From Alphaproteobacteria bacterium (GTDB taxonomy: Bacteria; Pseudomonadota; Alphaproteobacteria; Rs-D84), in assembly GCA_017505705.1 (NCBI GenBank), contig JAFVOS010000008.1, forward strand, positions 880-64,879: a stretch of 64,000 nucleotides of DNA, given 5' to 3'. Below, piece by piece: positions 23,824-33,788 of the stretch (position 1 is the stretch's first letter; every line of letters begins with the position of its first letter). A program made the translations under genes and the position numbers. The notes under the pieces were generated by a model. The model made no database searches, had not been told where the DNA came from, and worked only from the letters and a program-made list of their open reading frames with translations.

Positions 23824-24096
23824 ATGATTTCTAATTTGTTCTTGATTGTAGGTATTATTGCTAGTTTTATGTTTGCTGCCAAAAATAATAAGTTGGCAAG
23901 ACAGCAGGACAATAATATTGCAGATATCGTTGCGACCTATAATGAAAAGTCTTCCGATGTCCAAGATAGGATTGAAATGAGTATTGCTATAGCCATGGCA
24001 GATAGAAAAGCGGATCATTTTGCTAATTGGGCAGAAGTATATTTTTTTTCAGCTCTACTATGCATATTGTTTTTATTGATTAAGATTGGTTTGTAA
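23824..24096 (+). CDS. Hypothetical small membrane protein.
   Basis: Strong RBS aaggagatatacATG. It has two hydrophobic segments. Confidence 0.35.
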   Translation: MISNLFLIVGIIASFMFAAKNNKLARQQDNNIADIVATYNEKSSDVQDRIEMSIAIAMADRKADHFANWAEVYFFSALLCILFLLIKIGL

Positions 24097-24515
24097 TTTT
24101 TTGACAAGCCAAAGAAATCCGGTCCCGAAATCTTGATGCCTGATATATCTTTGGCTATTGCGGATAAAGTGCGATATTTTTCGCCATTATACGTGAACGT
24201 ATTGTCGTCATTGACGATGACTTCATGCATGATTCCACGGAATTCTTTGCGTATAATCGCCCCCGGCGTCAGGTTGTATTTAGTCCGTGCCGCACGCATC
24301 ACGCACTCTGACGGATTATCTTTATACCGCTTGATTTTAACCAAGTGTTTTTTCTCTATTCTCAATCCCAATCGGTCGCATTGAATATAGTACCACAACG
24401 AACGGTTTTGTCGTTTGAACGGGTGGGGCGAATATTTTGCCCATAACTTTGCCCGTTCTGAATACGGTAATGCCTTTAATACATCAATGGTTTTGGGTAA
24501 TTCCCTTTTTCTCAT
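24015..24515 (-). CDS. Hypothetical protein, possibly a recombinase-associated accessory protein.
   Basis: 166-aa ORF immediately upstream of the serine recombinase on the same strand. It has no confident domain call. Confidence 0.4.
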   Translation of the reverse strand: MRKRELPKTIDVLKALPYSERAKLWAKYSPHPFKRQNRSLWYYIQCDRLGLRIEKKHLVKIKRYKDNPSECVMRAARTKYNLTPGAIIRKEFRGIMHEVIVNDDNTFTYNGEKYRTLSAIAKDISGIKISGPDFFGLSKNYKPILINKNNMHSRAEKKYTSAQLAK

Positions 24516-24715
24516 TTTTGTGCCTCTATTTCAACATTAAACCAGGCCCGCACAGCCGGCACTAATCCCATCTGTGCGATGTCGTTTATAAACACTTCGG
24601 CTTCGGCCTGAATTTCGTATTTCCAGAACATATCAAGACACTGTAAAACCAAGCGGGTATTGTCAATCGGTTGAGTGATTTTAATAGTAATTTCAGGGTG
24701 TTTTGGCATGTTCAA
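24512..24715 (-). CDS. Hypothetical small protein.
   Basis: 67-aa ORF overlapping the downstream ORF by 4 nt (translational coupling). Confidence 0.35.
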   Translation of the reverse strand: MNMPKHPEITIKITQPIDNTRLVLQCLDMFWKYEIQAEAEVFINDIAQMGLVPAVRAWFNVEIEAQK

Positions 24716-24845
24716 CTCCTTTGCTTAACATCACGCAATTACTGCTTGCAAAGAGCAACAAGTCAAGTTATTAGTTATAGGTATTATTGACTTGCTTTAA
24801 TTTTGTTATTTTTTTATATTTGAACCGAAAGAGAAAGGACTTCGT

Positions 24846-25874
24846 ATGGCTGGCAAAAGCGGTTTGAAAGTAGGCAGTTTTTTTGCAGGATTAGGCGGAA
24901 TTTGTTTGGGGTTTAAAAATGCCGGGTTTGATCTGGTTTGGTCTAATGAAATAGATGCGGCAGCCTGCAAGACATATAGAGCGAACTTTGATCATGTTTT
25001 GGTTGAAGGTGATATTTGTGCGCTTAGTCCAGATGACAAGAGATTGAAAAAAGTAGATATTATTACCGGTGGGTTCCCTTGTCAGGCTTTTTCTATAGCG
25101 GGATACCGTAAAGGTTTTGAAGACGAGCGTGGGCGAGGGAAGTTGTTTTTTGAAATGTTGCGCTTTATAAAAGCTTACAAACCCAAGGTTCTTTTCTTTG
25201 AAAACGTTCGAAATCTACAAAGCCATAATAATGGTGAAACTTATAAGGCCATTGAAAAAGCATTAACGAATCTCGGTTATCATGTGTGTTCCAAGGTTTT
25301 AGACACTTGTGAATATTCCAGGGTTCCGCAACATCGTGAACGATTTTACATGGTCTGTTTCAAAAGCAAAAGACGTGCCAAATTATTCGATGAAATTGGC
25401 TGGCCTAAAAAAGTTCCGGCCAGCAGACGGTATAAATACTGGGATATTGTTAATGAAACGGCAGATGAGATCCATTATTTCAATCGATACCCCCATTATT
25501 ATAAACCAGCAATGGAAACTATAGAAGCTACTGGTAATGATTGTGAGGCGTTTTATCAGTGGCGCAGGGTTTATTGCCGGAAAAATAAGAATGGTGTATG
25601 TCCGACATTGACAGCAAATATGGGGGGCGGTGGTCATAATGTGCCATTGGTTATGGATAAAAAAGATTTAAGGCGTTTGACCCCAGAAGAATGTTTGAAG
25701 TTACAGGGATTTGACCCGGATACATTCAAATTTCCAGACGATGTTAGCTTGGGTAACAGATATAAACAGATTGGTAACGCAGTTTCGGTTCCTGTTGTGG
25801 AAGAGATAGCGAAGGGTATATTAAAGGTTTTAAGCCCTCAGGACAAAAAAACAACCGATGGGCAAGCTTCGTAA
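24846..25874 (+). CDS. DNA (cytosine-5)-methyltransferase, Dcm-like.
   Basis: Motif I FFAGLGG, motif IV GGFPCQAFS (PC catalytic Cys), motif VI ENV and motif X QIGNAVSVPV. Confidence 0.9.
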   Translation: MAGKSGLKVGSFFAGLGGICLGFKNAGFDLVWSNEIDAAACKTYRANFDHVLVEGDICALSPDDKRLKKVDIITGGFPCQAFSIAGYRKGFEDERGRGKLFFEMLRFIKAYKPKVLFFENVRNLQSHNNGETYKAIEKALTNLGYHVCSKVLDTCEYSRVPQHRERFYMVCFKSKRRAKLFDEIGWPKKVPASRRYKYWDIVNETADEIHYFNRYPHYYKPAMETIEATGNDCEAFYQWRRVYCRKNKNGVCPTLTANMGGGGHNVPLVMDKKDLRRLTPEECLKLQGFDPDTFKFPDDVSLGNRYKQIGNAVSVPVVEEIAKGILKVLSPQDKKTTDGQAS

Positions 25875-25945
25875 ATATTTTGAAAATATTTATATATTTT
25901 ACATATTTAGTTGACATTTGCTATTTGTAGTATACAATCAATGGC

Positions 25946-26161
25946 ATGGATAGTACAAAAAGAGCGAATTTTAAACGGCTTGCGGAAGCAAGAGGAAATA
26001 AGGTGCTGAAAGATTTGCGCCTGGTTGGTAATTTGGCTAATAGACATAATTACGAGTATTCAGATAGGGATATTAATATTTTGTTTTCTGCAATAGAACA
26101 AGAGTTACGTGCCGTTAAAGCGGGTTTTCAACGAAACAAAAAGCACGAGGTAAAATTATGA
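25946..26161 (+). CDS. Small protein (71 aa), the first gene of the GHKL cassette. It may be regulatory.
   Basis: A TTGACA/TACAAT promoter sits ~35 nt upstream. Its stop overlaps the next start in an ATGA arrangement. Confidence 0.4.
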   Translation: MDSTKRANFKRLAEARGNKVLKDLRLVGNLANRHNYEYSDRDINILFSAIEQELRAVKAGFQRNKKHEVKL

Positions 26162-28059
26162 GCGCTGTGAATTGTAAATGGCATTTTCCGTCAACAGATG
26201 GTGGAGATGAGGACGGTATAAATAATAGTGGGTTGCAAACATTCGAGGGCGACCATGAATCTGCCATTGCGCGTGAATGCATACAGAATTCTCTTGATGC
26301 TATAAAAAACCAAAATGCACCAGTTAAAGTGCAAATGCAATTCTTTGAAATTGATACGTCAGATGTACCAGGTGTCGAAGAATTAAAACAAAATATAATG
26401 GCAGCAAAAGAATTTGCTGGCGATACCATGGGAGCAAATATTTTCTTTTCTAAAGCTATAACCACCTTAAATAAAAACAAGATTTCTGTGTTGCGTATAG
26501 GAGATTATAATACAAAGGGGCTTGTTGGGGGTGATAGAGATAAGAATGGAAGCTGGTATAGCCTGGCCAGGTCGAACGGGTTTAGCCAAAAAAACGAAGC
26601 GGATTCTGGTGGGTCATTTGGAATCGGCAAAAATGCTCCATTCGTTGCATCAAATATACGAACAGTTTTTTATTCAACGTTAAATGAAAACGGGGAATAT
26701 ATTTTCCAGGGCAAATCATGTTTATCCAGTTTTAAAAAAGATGATGATGTAAAACGTGGAACTGGCCAATATGGTCAAGTTGCCGCTAAGGGCGTGGCTT
26801 CAATAAGAAACAATGATAACATTCCTGATTTGTTTAAAAGAACAGAAACAGGAACAGATATATTTGTTATCGGTTATCAACATCCTGATGATAAATGGAA
26901 AGATGCTTTGATAAGAGGAATCTTGGATAACTTTTTTGTTGCTATATATTATAAAAAATTAGTTGTGGAAATATTGGATGCAGATGAACTTTTACCGGTG
27001 GTTATTGATGCGGAAAGCTTGGAGTTTTACATAACTAAATATTTCAAAGATGATAATAACGAAGAAAATGCGACCTGGGCATACTATCAGGCTATTGTTG
27101 ATAGTACTAAACATTTTAAAGAAAAGTTAGAACCCTTCGGTAAAGTTGAATTATTTGTTAAAAGTGGGGTAGGAAATAGGAGCGTGTTGGGAATGCGTAA
27201 ACCTCTTATGAAAATAAACACTTTTAAAAACTTCAAACGTTCATACGATGATTTTGCCGGTGTATTTATTGCCCTGGATGATGTCGGAAATAAACTTTTG
27301 AAAAGTATAGAGCCACCTGCGCATAATAAATGGGACCCAGACCTTTGTAGATTAGAAAATTGTGCAAAAAAGCAGGATATCACAAAACTTAAGAATTGGA
27401 TACGTGAAAAATTAGAAAGTATGAATGCTGACGAAAATAAGCATCCTGAAGAAATCGATGATTTGGCCAAATATTTGCCATATGATGAGGCAGAACCTGA
27501 TTTGCCGAGCTGTCCAAGCAATACCGGGAATGCATCTGACGAAAACAACAAAGAGTCGGCAGATGAATTGCCACAACCGCCAGTTATGCAACCAGTTGAG
27601 CCTACACCACAAAGACCGTTGAATTTTATAAGGCCGGGAACGACCAATCCTGATGCTCCTGCTGATGAAATGAAAGTCCCCGTAAATCCAGGGACCAGGA
27701 AACCATTGCATAACAACGCCCCTGTAGAAAGAGACCCAAGCGGTAACGCCAGATTTTTAGATACAGCAAATCTAAATATAAAAACACACGAAGTTCGTAG
27801 GGGTGAAGATAGAGCATACATTTTCAATATTATACCGAAATGTGACGATAGTGGAGATATTGAAATAGTCGCTATAGCTGATGATGGATTCTATCCGGTT
27901 GATGTATCTAGTGCAAAGAACATTGATACAAATCAAGAATATAAAGTTGATAAATCTATCATTCACGATGTAACAACTGAGATGCAAAAATCGATAAGGA
28001 TAGAGATACGATTAAATAAGCAATATAGCAAAAGACGATACATATTAGGAGTTAAATAA
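26158..28059 (+). CDS. GHKL-superfamily ATPase (MutL/MORC/Hsp90-like Bergerat fold) with a disordered Pro-rich linker and a C-terminal domain.
   Basis: N-box ECIQNSLDA (ExxxNSxDA), G1-like IGDYNTKGL and G2-like SGGSFGIGK. It is 633 aa long. Confidence 0.65.
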   Translation: MSAVNCKWHFPSTDGGDEDGINNSGLQTFEGDHESAIARECIQNSLDAIKNQNAPVKVQMQFFEIDTSDVPGVEELKQNIMAAKEFAGDTMGANIFFSKAITTLNKNKISVLRIGDYNTKGLVGGDRDKNGSWYSLARSNGFSQKNEADSGGSFGIGKNAPFVASNIRTVFYSTLNENGEYIFQGKSCLSSFKKDDDVKRGTGQYGQVAAKGVASIRNNDNIPDLFKRTETGTDIFVIGYQHPDDKWKDALIRGILDNFFVAIYYKKLVVEILDADELLPVVIDAESLEFYITKYFKDDNNEENATWAYYQAIVDSTKHFKEKLEPFGKVELFVKSGVGNRSVLGMRKPLMKINTFKNFKRSYDDFAGVFIALDDVGNKLLKSIEPPAHNKWDPDLCRLENCAKKQDITKLKNWIREKLESMNADENKHPEEIDDLAKYLPYDEAEPDLPSCPSNTGNASDENNKESADELPQPPVMQPVEPTPQRPLNFIRPGTTNPDAPADEMKVPVNPGTRKPLHNNAPVERDPSGNARFLDTANLNIKTHEVRRGEDRAYIFNIIPKCDDSGDIEIVAIADDGFYPVDVSSAKNIDTNQEYKVDKSIIHDVTTEMQKSIRIEIRLNKQYSKRRYILGVK

Positions 28060-28061
28060 CT

Positions 28062-28880
28062 ATGACAGATATACCTTTCCCATATCCTGTACTTGGTAGC
28101 AATGGAGACATTGATGGTAGTTTTGATGTAACAATCATGATGGACTTTAGTATTGTCGGATTCTATACATTAAACTGTGAGTTTAAATTGGAAAACGCAT
28201 ATTTTGAAAATCTGATTAAAACACAACAGGCTGTTTACATGGTGGAAATAGAATGTGGCGCGACCAACTATCGTAACTCGTTCTCAACCAAAGATAAAAA
28301 AATGACCATAAGCATCCCAGATGATTTTGTTAGGGGGCGTGTTGACGTTAAGATATACATATGCGCAATCAAAGATATACCAGAATATAAACCAACAGGA
28401 ATGGATACAGAACTTTATGGAGATGATTCTTTCGAAATAAAAAGCGGTGAAATTATTGCTATTCATCCCTCAACAATGTTTCTTGCGGACCCTAAATATG
28501 ATTCTTTTAATGCCCCAATTCGTTCGTTTATAAAACTAAAAAAATCAACTACTCAATCTAAAGAAATGTTTGTGGATTATAACGATACTTTTATAGAAAT
28601 AGCATTACCTGAAGAAGATTATAAGTTATATCGCGAGATACATACCAGTAGTCCAGCATTAATTCATTCCTGTATAGTATTTCCTGTTTTGGTGGATGTG
28701 TTACACGAAATACAAAAAGAAGATAGTGTATATTCAGGAACAACTTGGTTTGATAGAGTAAAACAGATTTGTTTTGATAGACAAATTGATATTGCTGACC
28801 CTGTAGTTGCAGCACAAAAATTATTGGGATTGCCCATTAACAGAACGTTTAACTGGCGTAAAAACGAGCAAGAAAAATAA
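28062..28880 (+). CDS. Hypothetical protein, a cassette component.
   Basis: 272-aa ORF starting 3 nt after the GHKL gene stop. It has no recognisable domain. Confidence 0.45.
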   Translation: MTDIPFPYPVLGSNGDIDGSFDVTIMMDFSIVGFYTLNCEFKLENAYFENLIKTQQAVYMVEIECGATNYRNSFSTKDKKMTISIPDDFVRGRVDVKIYICAIKDIPEYKPTGMDTELYGDDSFEIKSGEIIAIHPSTMFLADPKYDSFNAPIRSFIKLKKSTTQSKEMFVDYNDTFIEIALPEEDYKLYREIHTSSPALIHSCIVFPVLVDVLHEIQKEDSVYSGTTWFDRVKQICFDRQIDIADPVVAAQKLLGLPINRTFNWRKNEQEK

Positions 28881-28891
28881 GGAAATGAAAA

Positions 28892-29665
28892 ATGGCTAAT
28901 TTAAAAGTTTTTGAAAGTACTTTTGTTGAGAAATTACGCGAAGTTAAATCGTTGGATTTTTATACAGACCCAAATTCTGAATTTGATTTGAGTTCTTATC
29001 CCAATGCAGTTTTGGTATCACAAAACACAGAGTTGCCAGATGCGGTTCCTGTTTTGTCGTCAAAGATAGAGGATGATGCACAAAGCGCTGAAAAAATTTT
29101 CAATTATTTGAAAATATCTCCCATCCAAGCATCTGACTCGCGGTTGTGGGCATACTTAACTCATGTAACTTTTTGCAAATATGTCAAATCACGCTGGCCT
29201 ATAGACCAAAAAGATGAAGAAAAAAATAAGATAAAAAAGGTCAGAACACAATGGCTGGCAACAAGTAGTTCAAGAAGTTTTAGAACGAATGCTATTGCTA
29301 GATTATGGTGGGCGGCTTATTCGACTGTTGCGCCATGGGAAAACGATGTGTACTTCAAATCCCTGCCTGATCAATCAGATAGGTTTATTTATACAAAAGT
29401 AATGTTTTCTAAACAGGATATAGCAACAAATCTTTTAGATCGAAGATTTGGACGTTCTCAACATATAATTATTGCAATCCTAGAGTTTATAAGGACTCAC
29501 AAAGAGCTTGAAACACGAAATTTGTATCGTAGCTTTTTTAAGGAAATAAATTTAATGCTAAGTTATTGCAAACTTATGAACCTTAGTCTGGAACAGTTGC
29601 AAAATAAGTTTGAAGAAGTTTATAGTAATTTAACACCGAATGATGAAGATGAGGCAGAGGCTTAA
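28892..29665 (+). CDS. Hypothetical protein, a cassette component.
   Basis: 257-aa ORF starting 12 nt after the previous gene. A terminator follows. Confidence 0.45.
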   Translation: MANLKVFESTFVEKLREVKSLDFYTDPNSEFDLSSYPNAVLVSQNTELPDAVPVLSSKIEDDAQSAEKIFNYLKISPIQASDSRLWAYLTHVTFCKYVKSRWPIDQKDEEKNKIKKVRTQWLATSSSRSFRTNAIARLWWAAYSTVAPWENDVYFKSLPDQSDRFIYTKVMFSKQDIATNLLDRRFGRSQHIIIAILEFIRTHKELETRNLYRSFFKEINLMLSYCKLMNLSLEQLQNKFEEVYSNLTPNDEDEAEA

Positions 29666-29674
29666 TATTGAATA

Positions 29675-29702
29675 ATAAAATCCCCATCATGGGGATTTTG
29701 TG
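29675..29702 (+). terminator. Rho-independent terminator.
   Basis: Hairpin aaaatccccatcatggggatttt. Confidence 0.65.
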
Positions 29703-29725
29703 TAACTTGTCAGGTAAATAGGCTA

Positions 29726-30112
29726 ATGAAAGTAACTGCTGCGATTTTTAGAGATGGGGACCGGGTTCTGCTTATGCGACGGGCGGCGGACCAGCCGTTG
29801 GCGGGCGAATGGGAATACCCAGGTGGCAAGTTTGAAGATGGCGAAGACGGCCCAACATGCCTGCGCAGGGAACTGCTCGAAGAATTGGGTATTGACGCAC
29901 AAATTGGTGACCTGATTACAATTGCAAAACATACAACGGATTCAGGCAAGGTTATTGAACTTCATACATACGAAATTACATCCTACACAGGCGAAATCCA
30001 ACTGCATGTCCACGACGATATGCATTGGGTGTCAGCATTAGAAGTCCCTGCACACCCTCAATTACCAGCTGACTTAATTGTATCAAAAGTCTTATCCCAA
30101 AAACCATATTGA
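29726..30112 (+). CDS. NUDIX hydrolase (MutT-like).
   Basis: Nudix box GGKFEDGEDGPTCLRRELLEELGI (GX5EX7REUXEEXGU). Confidence 0.75.
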   Translation: MKVTAAIFRDGDRVLLMRRAADQPLAGEWEYPGGKFEDGEDGPTCLRRELLEELGIDAQIGDLITIAKHTTDSGKVIELHTYEITSYTGEIQLHVHDDMHWVSALEVPAHPQLPADLIVSKVLSQKPY

Positions 30113-30164
30113 TTTATGGGGATTTATTCATTAGACTCTATATAAATACGGAATGGAGTCGCAC

Positions 30165-30545
30165 ATGAAAAAAATTATATTTTTACCAGTTATTTTAGGA
30201 TTGGCCGCTTGTCAAACGCCGGTGGCACAACAGTATGTTGCCAACATGTATGCCAAGGGCACATTAAAGGGCTATGAAAATACGGGCGTTGCCAATGAGG
30301 CAAATACCAATTGCCCTGGTTGTCATGTAAAGAATTATGACCGTGTTAAACTGACTGTTAATGAAATTCTGTCAAAGGCAGGAATAGAATATTTTGTAGA
30401 GGGATGTCGTATATCGGTTGTTGATTCCCTGGGGCTGATAAATGTGTCGGCAGAAAGATATATCCCAGCGACAGATAATTCAACCTGCATCACTGTTTTT
30501 GAAAAAGAAAAATCCTATCTAAAATCTATGGGTTTTGCGGAATAA
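30165..30545 (+). CDS. Hypothetical lipoprotein.
   Basis: Signal peptide MKKIIFLPVILGLAAC with a lipobox. Confidence 0.45.
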   Translation: MKKIIFLPVILGLAACQTPVAQQYVANMYAKGTLKGYENTGVANEANTNCPGCHVKNYDRVKLTVNEILSKAGIEYFVEGCRISVVDSLGLINVSAERYIPATDNSTCITVFEKEKSYLKSMGFAE

Positions 30546-30554
30546 GGATTATGT

Positions 30555-31367
30555 ATGATATATGTGAGGAAATTTTTTAAATGGTTGTTTTTTACTGGAA
30601 TTGCGGGAATCGTAATAGGAATTTTGGGCAATAGTTTCTATTATAACAGCTTTCAGGCTCCAGAATTATCTTATATAATTGGAACATTCTCTGTGTTTCC
30701 GGGTATAAAATCTAACGAAGCAAGTGTAAAATTGCTTGTTAATGATGCTCCTGTTGAAAAGTTATATATGACCACATTAAAAATAGAAAACTCTGGTGGT
30801 ATAGCTTTAGAACGCAATGATTTTGCGGCAGAGCGTGATCCTTTACGTATAACGGGGCAAAATATTAAGTCTGTGTTTATTGACGAGACGAATTCCAGAT
30901 ATAGCTCAGAAACACAAGTTAAGGAAAGAGATTCAGAATTTTTATTAAATTTTAAGTGGTTAAATCCAGGAGATTATATAACAGTTAATGTCTTGCACGA
31001 CAAACCATGTTCGAATATAAGACTGCAAGGTAGGTTTGCTAATATGGGTAAAGCAAAAGGGATGTCTTTTGAGCAATATGTCAGAAAAAAAGCCATGTTT
31101 CATACTATACCCTTAACTTTATTTGTCATGTTAACTTCCGCTGTTTTGTGTTTTATATTATTTATATTATCTAATAAATTAACATATGGGGTATTTTGGA
31201 TTTCATTTGATCAATATATAGCGTATATATATGTAAAATCCTGTGAAATATACAAAAAGTCGGACAGAAAAGGCAGAAAACAAATTATCGGCGAGATTGT
31301 AAATACGAAAGATAGGAAGACATTAAACAAGTTGATTGATAAATATTGTAATAAGAGAAAAAGATAA
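30555..31367 (+). CDS. Hypothetical membrane protein.
   Basis: N-terminal and C-terminal TM helices with a basic C-terminus. Confidence 0.4.
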   Translation: MIYVRKFFKWLFFTGIAGIVIGILGNSFYYNSFQAPELSYIIGTFSVFPGIKSNEASVKLLVNDAPVEKLYMTTLKIENSGGIALERNDFAAERDPLRITGQNIKSVFIDETNSRYSSETQVKERDSEFLLNFKWLNPGDYITVNVLHDKPCSNIRLQGRFANMGKAKGMSFEQYVRKKAMFHTIPLTLFVMLTSAVLCFILFILSNKLTYGVFWISFDQYIAYIYVKSCEIYKKSDRKGRKQIIGEIVNTKDRKTLNKLIDKYCNKRKR

Positions 31368-31373
31368 AGCATA

Positions 31374-31403
31374 GTACCGCCCCATGTGGGCGGTGTTTTT
31401 ATT
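31374..31403 (+). terminator. Rho-independent terminator.
   Basis: Hairpin accgccccatgtgggcggt followed by a T-run. Confidence 0.6.
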
Positions 31404-31439
31404 CCTTGCCTGTTTATATGCGGGTGATATAATTCCCTT

Positions 31440-32159
31440 ATGGAAGCGTTTATAATAGTCTTTTTAATCTTTGCTGGATTGTTCTTGTTGTTACGGCAAG
31501 AGAACAAGCGAAAGATTGAATATAATAATCATAAACACGAGCAGATTGAATCTGTAACTGCGCTGGACCGTGGTACATGGTCTGAACGCGACTTGGTTTA
31601 TGAATTGCTGGAACATGGTATTGCACCAGGAGCAATCTTTCATGATTTGTATGTAAAAAAGGCAAATGGGCGACATGCACAGATTGACCTGGTGGTTGCA
31701 ACCAAGGTTGGCCTTATTGTGTTTGAGGTAAAAGATTACAGTGGCTGGATTTTTGGACGTGGCAACCAAGACAAATGGACCCAGGTTTTGGCCTATGGTC
31801 GTGATAAGTATCGTTTCTATAACCCGATTAAACAGAATGCGGGGCATATTGCAGAGCTGCAAAAACAGTCCAAACAGATGTCTGAAATCCCGATGTTTTC
31901 AGTTGTGGTATTTTATGGTGGCTGCACATTGCGTGATGTCAGTATCATTCCACATAATACCTATGTAACAACATGGCGACGTGTATTGGATGTAGTAGAT
32001 ACTATTTTGGAAGAAAATGAACCTGCAAACTATACCGATAAACACGAAATAGTTCGTATATTAAAGGCGGCTGTTGAAAATGGCGCCAATGAAAACATGG
32101 CCGAACAACACGCAGACGCAGTTCAAGATATGCTGGGGCAGGATAGAGTTTTTGATTAA
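31440..32159 (+). CDS. NERD (nuclease-related domain) protein with an N-terminal TM helix.
   Basis: Core IDLVVATKVGLIVFEVKDYSGWI...W, followed by a HIAELQ region typical of NERD. Confidence 0.6.
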   Translation: MEAFIIVFLIFAGLFLLLRQENKRKIEYNNHKHEQIESVTALDRGTWSERDLVYELLEHGIAPGAIFHDLYVKKANGRHAQIDLVVATKVGLIVFEVKDYSGWIFGRGNQDKWTQVLAYGRDKYRFYNPIKQNAGHIAELQKQSKQMSEIPMFSVVVFYGGCTLRDVSIIPHNTYVTTWRRVLDVVDTILEENEPANYTDKHEIVRILKAAVENGANENMAEQHADAVQDMLGQDRVFD

Positions 32160-32433
32160 ACACCGCCCCCATGTGGACGGGTTTCTTTATCCATACAATC
32201 CTTTTTGACATATGCCAGGCTACAGTCATGAAAAAACACCACATGAAGGGCCTTATTTTGATTTTGCTACAATGGAAAATGGTTATGATGGAGCAGTAAA
32301 ACAAGCAAAGCAATGGGCTGTTCTTTTTGTGAAGAACCGGAATACACCGCTACAGTATTTGCTGGAATTTACAAACTGGCCGAAAGTATAAAATCAGCAA
32401 TGTAACAATGTGTACAACATCTTTAGTTTATTG

Positions 32434-33783
32434 TTACGGCTTTTTTAGAATTAAAATATTTTCTCTCAGCTTATATTTGTGTGATGTTGAATTTTTCATT
32501 TGCCATAAAATTATTTCGGAATCGCAAAAACCGACACTTTTTGCAACCTCTGCTAATAATTCAGCTGTTTTTATGTGAACCATTTTAAAAGCATGAGAAT
32601 CACTTACGAGCAAAGCTATCTTACCACCAGGTTTTAATACTTTCAAACATTCAGAAAGTGTCATAGCCATTCCACCAAAATATTCCCATATCAATTTAGT
32701 ATATAATTTTTCAAAACCACTTGTAGCCCCATCGTTTTTTAATCGTTGATCAATTTCATTTGTTACTGTTTTGATCCCGTTAATATTTTCAATCCATTTT
32801 TTGTCGTTGTCTTCTTTGTAAATATTTGTTGTGGAACCACGAATCATGCGTTTTTTTATGGTTCTAAAAGAAGACAAATCAGTAGCATAACCATTGAATA
32901 TCAATTCAAGTTTGGAATGTTTCGTATATTCATGGTCCCCAGGATAGGGTGGAGATGTAATCATTAGATCGACAGATTCTGGAGCAAAATAATCAGACAG
33001 ATGGCGGCTGTCTCCAAGTATGGTTTCAGAGAGGGTTTGACGTTGTTCTTCCGAAACAGATAACAAGTCTTTTATTATTAAGTCTACTTTTTTAATAAAG
33101 TAAGACATGACATCAACATCTGGTTTTTGTTTGCCGACACCAAAACCAGGACCATATCTCACGTTCGAAACAGGTACTAAAATTGCAGAAATAGCGAACA
33201 TAAATAGATCGTGGTGAGCCGCTGATAGTTTTGCCTCATTAACTGCTTCTTTTAGAATGTTGATTTTTATCAGAGGCTTATCCGATATATAACGTATATC
33301 TAATGCTTGTGGGCGGCTTTGATTTGCTTTTGTTGCGACTAACAAATCATCGTTCAAGTCAATGCTAGCAATCTTTGCTTTGTATATGTTGCAAATTCGA
33401 ATTTTCTCTTTTTCTAAGATAGTAGTGTCTATATTCCAATTTAACTTTTGTAAAGCAGCAAATACCATAAAATCGTTTGCATCTATGCCGTACGAAGGTA
33501 TTTTATTGAGTTTGCATACTAATTGTGTTGTGCCCGATCCAACAAACGGATCCATTACCACTTGACCATTATTCGGTTTTATACCTTCTCTTTTTAACAT
33601 GTATTCAGGAAATGTTGGTGTATAACCCAAAACAAAATTGTACCAATCATGAAAAGGATATCCGTTTGAAGAAGATGCTCTACCAGCATAAGTGTCTATA
33701 ACAGGCATACACTTATCTGCCTTTGCAAGTTGTTCGCAAACTTCGCATGTGTCTCTAGTTGGTTTGTGATAAGAATATGCCAT
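32434..33783 (-). CDS. DNA amino-methyltransferase (N6-adenine or N4-cytosine), the modification subunit of the type II R-M system.
   Basis: Motif I DPFVGSGTT and motif IV SPPY. It is adjacent to the REase candidate and the C-protein. Confidence 0.8.
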   Translation of the reverse strand: MAYSYHKPTRDTCEVCEQLAKADKCMPVIDTYAGRASSSNGYPFHDWYNFVLGYTPTFPEYMLKREGIKPNNGQVVMDPFVGSGTTQLVCKLNKIPSYGIDANDFMVFAALQKLNWNIDTTILEKEKIRICNIYKAKIASIDLNDDLLVATKANQSRPQALDIRYISDKPLIKINILKEAVNEAKLSAAHHDLFMFAISAILVPVSNVRYGPGFGVGKQKPDVDVMSYFIKKVDLIIKDLLSVSEEQRQTLSETILGDSRHLSDYFAPESVDLMITSPPYPGDHEYTKHSKLELIFNGYATDLSSFRTIKKRMIRGSTTNIYKEDNDKKWIENINGIKTVTNEIDQRLKNDGATSGFEKLYTKLIWEYFGGMAMTLSECLKVLKPGGKIALLVSDSHAFKMVHIKTAELLAEVAKSVGFCDSEIILWQMKNSTSHKYKLRENILILKKP

Positions 33784-33788
33784 AACAG

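Noticed and set aside
27087-27827. A 246-aa minus-strand ORF inside the GHKL ATPase gene.
   Set aside because: It is antisense to the Pro-rich linker region of a gene with clear Bergerat motifs. Its serine-rich, low-complexity translation is typical of a reverse-strand artefact.
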